Source of the DNA: Candidatus Cloacimonadales bacterium
GTDB lineage: Bacteria > Cloacimonadota > Cloacimonadia > Cloacimonadales > JAFGVF01
NCBI GenBank assembly: GCA_963678315.1
Contig: OY782781.1
Location: 1,952,001-2,016,000 of the forward strand
Direction of reading: 5' to 3'
Length of the DNA stretch: 64,000 bases
The stretch's first letter is position 1, and every line of letters begins with the position of its first letter. This document shows, in pieces, positions 10,723 to 18,904 of this stretch. The position numbers and the translations under genes are program-made. The notes below the pieces were generated by a model, which ran no database searches, was not told where the DNA came from, and saw only the letters and a list, made by a program, of their open reading frames with translations.

Positions 10723-12489
10723 TTACGCAATATCTTCTTTGTTTAGTATTTGAGTCTGAATAAAATCTCTATATTGAATATTGTTCTTGAACAATTCATC
10801 ATGACGTCCATCAACTATTTCATGCCTATCATTAATGAAAACAATTCTGTCTGCATAAGAAACAGTAGAGATGCGGTGAGATACCATTAGAGCTCCAGTT
10901 CTTGGAAAATACTTCTCCATATCTAGCCAGAGTTGTTTCTCATTTTCTGCATCTAAACTTGAAGTTATATCATCAAGAATTAGATATTCAGGATTTCTCA
11001 TTAATGCTCTAGCTATTGCAATTCTCTGTTTTTGTCCACCAGAAACAGCAGAACCTCTTTCTCCTAGAACTGTATTCTCTTTGAGAGGAAATGATTCAAT
11101 TTCTCTTTCTAGTTGTGATACTTTTACAACAGACTTAAATAGTTCTTTTGAGGCATTGTCTGTACCGAAGTAAATGTTATCAGCTATTGTTCCACTGAAT
11201 AACAATGGATCTTGAGGTACATATCCAATTCTAGAAAGAAGATGGCTTCTATCTAGATCATTGATAGAAGAAGAATTGATTGAAACACTGCCCAGGTCTG
11301 GTTTAACAGAACCAGTCAAGATTGATATGAGAGTACTCTTACCACAACCAACAGGTCCCATTAAAAGAGTTTTTTCTTTGGGATCAATCTCAAGATTAAT
11401 GTTAGTAAATAGGGCATCTGTATCATAATCAAATTTTACGTCTTTAAGGGAAATAGACTTTATCTTGTTAACAGGAACTGAATTAGTAAATCTTTCATTT
11501 TCATTCGGAAAGTTCTTCATCTCTTCAAGTCTATCTATATTTACGAATGCTTGCTTTCCTGATACAAAAAGTTGAGGTAGATCAAGCATAGGATAAATCA
11601 TCATCATTAGATATGTATAGAAAGCTAGGAAAGTACCAATTGTTATATCTCCTTTAACAGCCATATATCCACCAAAGAATAGAATAGATATCTGTCCAAA
11701 ATAGCCTATATACTCATAAATTAAGTTTAAACCTGATTGAAGTTTTATTAGTGTAAATTCTGTTTCAAATCTATGAGTTAGTGCTTTCTGGAAAAAGCGA
11801 TTGTATTTATCTTCACAATCAAAAGCTTTAATGATTTTAATACCACTAAAACTCATTTCTAGTTGATTATTTATCTTACTAATAGCTTCTTGATTTCTAG
11901 TATATCTTTTTTCTAATGAGGTGCTAACAAAATAGAAAACTACAATCATTATAGGAAGGGGTATGAGTGAATATAGGGTTAATCTCCAGTTTAATGAGAA
12001 CATCATTACTAATATAAAAGTAATACTAACTAACGAATTAAATGCTCTAAAAATACCTGAACATAAAAACCAGGCTATTTTAGGAAAGTCTGTTAAATCG
12101 TTAGTAAGTCTAGTAACAATATCTCCAGTCCTAAATTTATTAAAGAATTTATAATCTTTCTCTGAAATATCTGTGAAATAACGAACTCTAAGACTATGTT
12201 CAAACTTCATATTAATCCATGCTCTAAAAGCTGGATAGATTCCTGCAATTAATCGCACCATACCTATCCCAAGTATTACCCAGATAAACTTGTACATCTC
12301 AGTCATTGGTTCATCAAACTCAGATTTATTCTTAACTATATAATCTATTTTATCAATTAGCATTTTAAACAAGTAAGGATAAACAGAAGAGATGAAAGCA
12401 CTTAAAATAGTTAAAATGACCATTACAAAAACTAACTTTTTGTATCTTTTCCATTCGTTAAAAATCCATTTAACATGCTTATTCATCAT
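10723..12489 (-). CDS. ABC exporter half-transporter (TMD-NBD), heterodimer subunit with degenerate Walker B
   Basis: 6-TM domain, GPVGCGKST, VSGGQKQR, LILDDITS (Asp in place of catalytic Glu); overlaps its partner gene. Confidence 0.9.
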   Translation of the reverse strand: MMNKHVKWIFNEWKRYKKLVFVMVILTILSAFISSVYPYLFKMLIDKIDYIVKNKSEFDEPMTEMYKFIWVILGIGMVRLIAGIYPAFRAWINMKFEHSLRVRYFTDISEKDYKFFNKFRTGDIVTRLTNDLTDFPKIAWFLCSGIFRAFNSLVSITFILVMMFSLNWRLTLYSLIPLPIMIVVFYFVSTSLEKRYTRNQEAISKINNQLEMSFSGIKIIKAFDCEDKYNRFFQKALTHRFETEFTLIKLQSGLNLIYEYIGYFGQISILFFGGYMAVKGDITIGTFLAFYTYLMMMIYPMLDLPQLFVSGKQAFVNIDRLEEMKNFPNENERFTNSVPVNKIKSISLKDVKFDYDTDALFTNINLEIDPKEKTLLMGPVGCGKSTLISILTGSVKPDLGSVSINSSSINDLDRSHLLSRIGYVPQDPLLFSGTIADNIYFGTDNASKELFKSVVKVSQLEREIESFPLKENTVLGERGSAVSGGQKQRIAIARALMRNPEYLILDDITSSLDAENEKQLWLDMEKYFPRTGALMVSHRISTVSYADRIVFINDRHEIVDGRHDELFKNNIQYRDFIQTQILNKEDIA

Positions 12490-14230
12490 TATCTCCTAAA
12501 AATTGAAGGTTCACTAAATTCTTATATTCTTCAGATTTCTTCATTAATTCTCCATGTTTACCATGATGCTTAATAATTCCATTTTCAAAGTAGATAATAT
12601 TATCAGCATCAATAATAGATGATAACCTATGGGCAACTATCAGAGCTGTCTTATTTTGAAGTAATTTATTCATAGAATCTTGTATCTTTGCTTCAGTAAC
12701 TGTATCAATAGATGATGTCGCTTCGTCCATAATAACAATTTCAGGATTGAATGCTAAGGCTCTAGCAAAACTCAAAAGCTGTTTCTCTCCATGAGAGATG
12801 TTTTGTCCACGTTCTGACAGAACTTTTGTGAGAGCATCTTTTTGCAAGAATTTATCAGCATGTACCATCTTAATAGAATCAATGACTTGATCTCTACTGA
12901 CATTATCATTATAAATTCTTACATTTTCAACAATATCTCCTGGAAATAGGAATACGTCTTGAAGAATTAATCCAAGCTGTTTTCTCCAACTTTTTATGTT
13001 TAACTCTTTTAGATTAACACCATCAATTAATATCTCTCCCTTTTGAAACTCATAGAATCCACAAAGAAGACTAACTGTTGTTGTTTTACCAGAACCTGAT
13101 GGACCAACAAGTGCTACCTTATCACCTTTGTTTATCTTAAATGAAACATCTTTCAAAATCCATTTATCTTCCTCATAAGCAAACCAAACGTTCTTAAACT
13201 CTATAGAGTGCTTGAATTCTGAAATCATTTTAGTTTTATTATAATAGGGCTCTACAGGAAGTTCATTTAACTCTTGAATTCTATTGAGTGAAACAAAAGA
13301 TTTTTGAATCTGCATAACATTTTCAAGTAACTGAATCAAAGGCCAAACTATGCGATTTATATATTGTGAAAAGATAATTAATGTTCCAATAGTTTCAGTT
13401 CCTTTGAATATTTTTGGAACAACTAAAAGAATAATTAAAATCAAGAAGAAATATTCAATAATAAACATGAATAAACCTTCTACAGAATATTCGATAAAAG
13501 CTGCCTTTGTTTCGAGCTTCTTCTTATCGGCTGAGGATTCTTTTATGATTTCTACCACATCTCTTTGTTTATGAAATGTTTGTATAACACTCATTCCTTG
13601 CACATATTCTGTAAGTTTTGCTGTTACTTCAGAATATTTTTCTCTTACTTTTTTAAATAATTTACTGATATATCGCATGAAGTAGTTGTAAGCAATTACA
13701 ATTGCAGTTAGGGCAAGTAGTAACCAAACTGAAACATCTGGACTCTTATACACTATGACAGCAATTACTCCAAGGAAGAATAGTAAATTACCAATAATTC
13801 TGACAGAGAGCTCAGAAAATAAAAACCTAACTTTTTCACTATCATTTTCTACCCTTGCAATGAAATCTCCTACAGGTCTATTATCAAAGAATGATACTGG
13901 TACCTTCATTAGATGGCTAAACAATTTCATTTTCACATCTGTAATAACTTTTAATCCAAGCTTTGATAAGATAATTATCTGACTAAATGAAGCAATACCA
14001 GACAGCAAGATTAAGCCTATAAAGAAGAAAGCATAATTATACATGTCTGCTACATCTTTATTAGGTACACTAACATCAATTATATGCGCTAGAATTAAAG
14101 GGTCTATCAAATGGGTAGCTGAAACAAACAACATCAGGATAAATCCTAATATAAATAGCTTCTTCTCTTTCCATAAGTATGGCGATAAAAATTTAAAATT
14201 CTTTTTTATATTATTATTTTTTTTGGACAT
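12479..14230 (-). CDS. ABC exporter half-transporter (TMD-NBD), heterodimer subunit with degenerate signature
   Basis: GPSGSGKTT, ISHGEKQ, IVIMDEATS, AHR; asymmetric TmrAB/BmrCD-type pair with the downstream gene. Confidence 0.9.
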   Translation of the reverse strand: MSKKNNNIKKNFKFLSPYLWKEKKLFILGFILMLFVSATHLIDPLILAHIIDVSVPNKDVADMYNYAFFFIGLILLSGIASFSQIIILSKLGLKVITDVKMKLFSHLMKVPVSFFDNRPVGDFIARVENDSEKVRFLFSELSVRIIGNLLFFLGVIAVIVYKSPDVSVWLLLALTAIVIAYNYFMRYISKLFKKVREKYSEVTAKLTEYVQGMSVIQTFHKQRDVVEIIKESSADKKKLETKAAFIEYSVEGLFMFIIEYFFLILIILLVVPKIFKGTETIGTLIIFSQYINRIVWPLIQLLENVMQIQKSFVSLNRIQELNELPVEPYYNKTKMISEFKHSIEFKNVWFAYEEDKWILKDVSFKINKGDKVALVGPSGSGKTTTVSLLCGFYEFQKGEILIDGVNLKELNIKSWRKQLGLILQDVFLFPGDIVENVRIYNDNVSRDQVIDSIKMVHADKFLQKDALTKVLSERGQNISHGEKQLLSFARALAFNPEIVIMDEATSSIDTVTEAKIQDSMNKLLQNKTALIVAHRLSSIIDADNIIYFENGIIKHHGKHGELMKKSEEYKNLVNLQFLGDNDE

Positions 14231-14530
14231 AGAAACTCCGTTTATTATATTTCGTTAATTTGGAAATATGATCTTCTTAAATGGTTTTATGAGATTATTA
14301 CCTCAATTCCTAGTTTAATATTTAGCGTTAAAATTATTTTATAAATCAATCTACAAGGCAATAAAAAACTTACATAAGGATTTGTCAATATTAAATTTTA
14401 TCTTTTTATACTCACGGTATTATAAATATCCTAAGAGTTAGTTTTGACTTATGTGTATAGATATATAAGTCTTTTATTTTATATTCAGTAATTAAATAAT
14501 TATTGATTTGTTTAAGGCTGATATGGTCAC

Positions 14531-14930
14531 CCTTACTTGCCTCTTTGAAAAAAAGCCGATTTTTCAATGAGACCCTTAATGCAGGAGTTAGGAGGGAGGA
14601 ATTAGTGATGAGTTAGGAGGAGGAATTAGTGATGAGTTAGGAGGAGGAATTAGTGATGAGTTAGGAGGAGGAATTAGTGATGAGTTAGGAGGAGGAGTTA
14701 GTTATGAGTTAGGAGTTAGGAGTTAGTGCTAGCTGGCAAAGGGGAGTTTGGAGTTACTGGGATCGCCAGCCTCTGCGCTGGCTTCACTTAGAACGTAGTT
14801 ATAAGTGAATTTGTAGAGACGCTTGGAAAAACGTCTCAAAAAGGGAGTGTAAGCATCCACCGATAGGTTGAACGGAGTTCATGCTTACGCAAAATAGATT
14901 CGTAAGCTGGGAAGCTTTCAGTCCCGGTTT
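14531..14930 (+). repeat. Mosaic intergenic repeat element, copy 1
   Basis: Hairpin A (14531-14573), tandem array (14585-14727), core B (14756-14820) and GTAAGCAT..ATGCTTAC hairpin (14849-14888); modules recur at 38.2 and 50.7 kb. Confidence 0.85.
14585..14727 (+). repeat. Tandem repeat: 5 x ~24-bp GAGTTAGGAGGAGGAATTAGTGAT plus 3 x GAGTTAG
   Basis: Units start at 14585, 14610, 14634, 14658 and 14682; heptamers start at 14706. Confidence 0.95.
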
Positions 14931-14942
14931 GTGTTTTATCTC

Positions 14943-16457
14943 CTACTTAACTTTCAACACCTTCTTATAAATTGTTTGCTTATTGCTAGAAAATTTAATA
15001 ATATATATGCCAGTTGAAACTTCTTTACCCTTATTATCTTTTCCATCCCAAAAAATATCTTGCTCTTTACTACTGTTTGATAGATTTCTAACAAGTTGAC
15101 CCTTGATATTAAATATTTTTACACTTGCATTTGTAGGTAAAAAAGCTAAAATCTTTGCTTTTGTTTCAAATGGGTTAGGATATATGTCAGAGACTTCTAA
15201 AAGCTGCTCTTCTGGGCTATCAGGGATATAATTATTTCTAGCTTCAACAAAAGGTGAGATGTAGCTATGTCCATCAACAAATTTAGTTCTTATCCAATAA
15301 TAGTAACTTTGGGATGGGGCATTGTTATCAACAAGTGAAAAATAATCCTGGTTAGGATAATCCTCAATTAGCAAGCTATCTCCTATTTGCATAGAATTTT
15401 GAAAATCTTTATTTGTAGATCTAAAAATATGGAAACTTTCAATCATATCATTATGTTCAATATTCCAAGAAAGATTAACTTTATTAAGTGATATAAAGTT
15501 AGCTGAAAAATTATTGATAGTAATTTCAGCAATCTGGTTTATGGATAGATTATTAACAAAGCCAGACTGAGTAAACTGCAATAGTTGATTTTTGGCAACA
15601 GTGTTATGGAGGGAAGTTCCTGTCTTGATAGCAATAAATTGATTGTTAAATGTTTCATAACTCAGATTATAACTTGTACCAATAAGTTTTGTTGAACGGT
15701 ATACATAGCTATCTTCTCCATTGGAAAGGACAAAATTTACTTTAGCAGAATCGTTGTATTTTAGTAAATATTCTAAATCAGAATTTCCAACATTCTTATT
15801 ATTGAAGGCTTTTTTCAAAGCAAGAGGTATATTATCAGGGGTTTGTATAATATAATACATTAGGTAATGGAAGAGTAATTCACTATCAATGAATGAATTA
15901 ACATCATAATATTCGCCTTCCCATTGAGAAGGATGTTGATGGAACCATACAGATCCAAGAAATTCAATAATGTCTTGTTTCACTTGGGAACTGTAGAAAC
16001 CGTTATGCATAAAAGAATATGTAACACCATCATGCTCAAATAAGAGAGGATGATTACCATTACCACCTGTACCATTTCTTGCATGTCCCATGATAATAGA
16101 AACAGAATCATCTGGCATTAGTGTCATCAAGGCATTATTTAAGGGTTCATCAGGATTAGAATTATCATACCAAGTTTGGTAGCCAGTTTTGTACCAACGA
16201 TAGTGTGGTAATATAGTTTGACTGCCTACATTGTAGGCTACAATTCCATATCCATCATTATTTAGCGGGATATCTCCTGAATTACTTTGAAGAAATGCAA
16301 AGTAATCTAATGGATCATCAAGTCGCCCTGGAGAAACATCTATTGTCATTAGGTCGTTATCATTAATTCCCAATAAGACAAACATATCACAGCTTGTTAA
16401 TATAGAGACTTTTATGATAAGTACTATTAAAAATACCCTAAAATTTTTATTATTCAT
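14943..16457 (-). CDS. Secreted class II glutamine amidotransferase-like (Ntn) protein with FlgD-Ig/T9SS-type CTD
   Basis: Signal peptide then Cys23 (CDMF), NNDGYGI, GHARNGT, NHP, FMHNG, DSELLF; C-terminal YPNPF...FNIKGQ...WDGKD...STGIY. Confidence 0.75.
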   Translation of the reverse strand: MNNKNFRVFLIVLIIKVSILTSCDMFVLLGINDNDLMTIDVSPGRLDDPLDYFAFLQSNSGDIPLNNDGYGIVAYNVGSQTILPHYRWYKTGYQTWYDNSNPDEPLNNALMTLMPDDSVSIIMGHARNGTGGNGNHPLLFEHDGVTYSFMHNGFYSSQVKQDIIEFLGSVWFHQHPSQWEGEYYDVNSFIDSELLFHYLMYYIIQTPDNIPLALKKAFNNKNVGNSDLEYLLKYNDSAKVNFVLSNGEDSYVYRSTKLIGTSYNLSYETFNNQFIAIKTGTSLHNTVAKNQLLQFTQSGFVNNLSINQIAEITINNFSANFISLNKVNLSWNIEHNDMIESFHIFRSTNKDFQNSMQIGDSLLIEDYPNQDYFSLVDNNAPSQSYYYWIRTKFVDGHSYISPFVEARNNYIPDSPEEQLLEVSDIYPNPFETKAKILAFLPTNASVKIFNIKGQLVRNLSNSSKEQDIFWDGKDNKGKEVSTGIYIIKFSSNKQTIYKKVLKVK

Positions 16458-16647
16458 ATATGTGTAATTTAATCAGACTACTTATATTGTCAAACAAGAA
16501 TTTAAAAATATTATTGACAACTATTGTAATTACTAGTGAAATTGGTATTGTTATTGGAAGTAAGAATCGTATATTATGGTTTCTAGTTTATATTAATGTC
16601 AAAATGAAAAGATGTTTGTTAATGGAAAGTTTTTACAAGGATTTTAT

Positions 16648-16728
16648 ATGAAAAAAGTTATAATTACACTAATTCTAGTTACTTTATCAATATTTATTGT
16701 AAAGAAATTGAAATCTAAAAAAGCTTAG
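16648..16728 (+). CDS. Putative 26-aa single-pass membrane peptide MKKVIITLILVTLSIFIVKKLKSKKA
   Basis: AAGGA RBS 6 nt before ATG, hydrophobic core flanked by Lys clusters, terminator downstream; below the ORF-track size cut-off. Confidence 0.5.
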   Translation: MKKVIITLILVTLSIFIVKKLKSKKA

Positions 16729-16788
16729 ATTACTATTATTTAGATTTCCTAATATAATTAGGGTCTAATAAATGTTGTGAAAATAGTT

Positions 16789-16821
16789 AGGGTTACCTAT
16801 ATAAAAATAGGTAGCCCTTTT
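16789..16821 (+). terminator. Intrinsic terminator
   Basis: AGGGTTACCTAT-ataaaa-ATAGGTAGCCCT followed by TTT. Confidence 0.7.
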
Positions 16822-16911
16822 GTACTATATAGCATCAATTACAGAAATTACTTTACAAACTAAATCATATTTTATAATGAAGAAAAAATATTAAATTCCA
16901 GTGGAGGATAA

Positions 16912-18129
16912 ATGAAACTAGAAGGAAAGGTTGTTGTTGCTCAGGGCGGAGGACCAACTGCTGTAATTAATCAATCCTTAGTAGGGGTAGTACTTGAATC
17001 ACGAAAATTTCAACAAGTTACACGAGTTTATGGAGCTCAACATGGTGTGGACGGTATTTTGAATGAGAACTTCTTTGATTTAACTCAAGAAACAACTCAT
17101 AACCTTGAGCAGATTGCTCAAACACCATCTTCTGCGCTTCTTTCAACAAGAGTTAAACCTGACGTGAAATATTGCAAAGAAATGTTCAAAGTTCTTAAGG
17201 CTCACGATGTAAGATACTTCTTCTATATCGGAGGTAATGATTCTTCTGATACTGTTAGAATAGTTAATCAAGAAGCTGAAAATGCATCTTACGAATTCAG
17301 AGCTATTCATATTCCTAAAACAATTGATAACGACTTAGTCTTAAATGACCATACTCCAGGTTTCGGTTCAGCAGCTAGGTTTGTAGCTCAATCATTTATT
17401 GGGGCTAATCTAGATAATAGAGCATTACCAGGTGTTTATATAGGTATTGTTATGGGACGTCATGCAGGCTTCTTAACAGCAGCTTCTGCTTTAGCTAAGA
17501 AATATCCAGATGATGGTCCTCATTTAATATATATGCCTGAAAGAAAATTCAACCTTGATAAATTTATTCAGGATGTTAAAACAACTTATGATAAGTATGG
17601 TAGATGTGTTATTGCTGTTTCAGAAGGTATTTCAGATGAAAACGGAATTCCAATTGTTACTAAGCTAGCAAAGACTGTTGAAAAAGATGCACATGGTAAC
17701 GTTCAGCTTTCTGGAACTGGTGCTTTAGGTGATTTATTAGCTGACGAAATTAGAAACAAACTCAAGATTAAGAGAGTACGATCAGATACATTTGGTTATC
17801 TTCAACGTTCATTTATGGGTTGTGTATCAGATGTAGACCAAAATGAAGCACGAGAAGTTGGTGAAAAAGCAGCCCATTATGCAATCTGGCATAATTTAGA
17901 TGGATCTATCAGGATAATTAGAACTGGTTACTATTCAGTTGATTATGCTTTAGCTAAATTAGAAGATATCGCTGGTAAAACTAGACACATGCCTGATAAC
18001 TTTATTAATGCTGAAGGAAACAATGTAACTAATGATTTCTTATATTATTGCAGACCATTAGTAGGATCAGGCTTCCAACAAGCTCATAGATTGAGAGTAC
18101 CTAAAGCGGTAAAACTTCTTGAGAGATAA
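16912..18129 (+). CDS. pfk: 6-phosphofructokinase, probably PPi-dependent
   Basis: QGGGPTAVIN, GGNDS (Asp signature), PKTIDND (Lys signature), MGRHAG, GYLQR. Confidence 0.92.
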   Translation: MKLEGKVVVAQGGGPTAVINQSLVGVVLESRKFQQVTRVYGAQHGVDGILNENFFDLTQETTHNLEQIAQTPSSALLSTRVKPDVKYCKEMFKVLKAHDVRYFFYIGGNDSSDTVRIVNQEAENASYEFRAIHIPKTIDNDLVLNDHTPGFGSAARFVAQSFIGANLDNRALPGVYIGIVMGRHAGFLTAASALAKKYPDDGPHLIYMPERKFNLDKFIQDVKTTYDKYGRCVIAVSEGISDENGIPIVTKLAKTVEKDAHGNVQLSGTGALGDLLADEIRNKLKIKRVRSDTFGYLQRSFMGCVSDVDQNEAREVGEKAAHYAIWHNLDGSIRIIRTGYYSVDYALAKLEDIAGKTRHMPDNFINAEGNNVTNDFLYYCRPLVGSGFQQAHRLRVPKAVKLLER

Positions 18130-18148
18130 ATGATATTCTAAAATATAC

Positions 18149-18178
18149 GTGAACAAAGCTTAAGCTTTGTTCACTTTT
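18149..18178 (+). terminator. Intrinsic terminator after pfk
   Basis: Perfect palindrome GTGAACAAAGCTTAAGCTTTGTTCAC followed by TTTT. Confidence 0.8.
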
Positions 18179-18272
18179 CTCCTTAACTTCAAAGTCAGTT
18201 ATAAAATTCTATTCTCGTAAGTAAAATTATTCTATATAAAGATAACTAAGAAAAACTAATGCAAGAGGAAAG

Positions 18273-18833
18273 ATGTATATTTCAAATGAAGCTAAAGAAG
18301 TTCTATTAAATAATGCTTATAATTGCATTTTGGGAAAAATTAATAATATTGAAGTAAGCCTAGAGCAAATTGACGATGAATTTGTTAAAGAAATTCATGG
18401 AGTTTTTATTCAACTAATAGTAGACGGTGTTTCTAAGGGCATTATGGGAGAATATGAGCCTAATACAAACTTGATTGATACAATTAACAAACTAGCTAGC
18501 AATCTAATTGATACATCAAATAATGAAATTAAGCTTGAAAAACATGAACTTAGTTATATGGAAATTAAAATATCGATATTATCTAAGTTAACAAGAATTT
18601 ATAAAGAAGAGGATATCATTATAGGTAAGCATGGAATAATCATCAAACATCTTGAAGGTAATGGAATAATGCTTCCAATAGATGCTCAAGAAAATTGCTG
18701 TGAAGGTAGAACAATATTCTTGAATGAAGCATGCCATAATGCAGGATTACCATCTTATCAATGGCAAGAGGATGACTGTGAAGTTTATAGATTCGAAACA
18801 GAAGTGTTCAAAAAGGATTATTCAAAAATATAG
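18273..18833 (+). CDS. AMMECR1-domain protein (AmmeMemoRadiSam protein A-like), divergent
   Basis: GVFI, EL..MEIKISILS, IGKHGIII, GIMLP, FL..AC..AGL...W, YRFETEVF; the usual LRGCIG is replaced by SKGIMG. Confidence 0.75.
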   Translation: MYISNEAKEVLLNNAYNCILGKINNIEVSLEQIDDEFVKEIHGVFIQLIVDGVSKGIMGEYEPNTNLIDTINKLASNLIDTSNNEIKLEKHELSYMEIKISILSKLTRIYKEEDIIIGKHGIIIKHLEGNGIMLPIDAQENCCEGRTIFLNEACHNAGLPSYQWQEDDCEVYRFETEVFKKDYSKI

Positions 18834-18849
18834 AGACTTTGATATTTTA

Positions 18850-18877
18850 TTGACAGAATAATACATTCTAATAGTTT
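18850..18877 (+). promoter_or_regulatory. Possible sigma70 promoter of the surface-modification operon
   Basis: TTGACA-16 nt-TAGTTT, 27 nt upstream of the start codon. Confidence 0.4.
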
Positions 18878-18904
18878 GTTAAAAAATTTAAACTATAGGT
18901 AAAT

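Noticed and set aside
10723..14230. Non-canonical ABC motifs as pseudogenisation
   Set aside because: The DD Walker B and SHGE signature combine into the single degenerate site typical of heterodimeric exporters
14585..14727. 24-bp repeats as a CRISPR array
   Set aside because: The repeats are directly tandem with no unique spacers, and there are no cas genes in the window
16460..16651. 63-aa plus-strand ORF
   Set aside because: GTG start with no RBS, covering the divergent promoter region; the 26-aa ORF at 16648 has better signals
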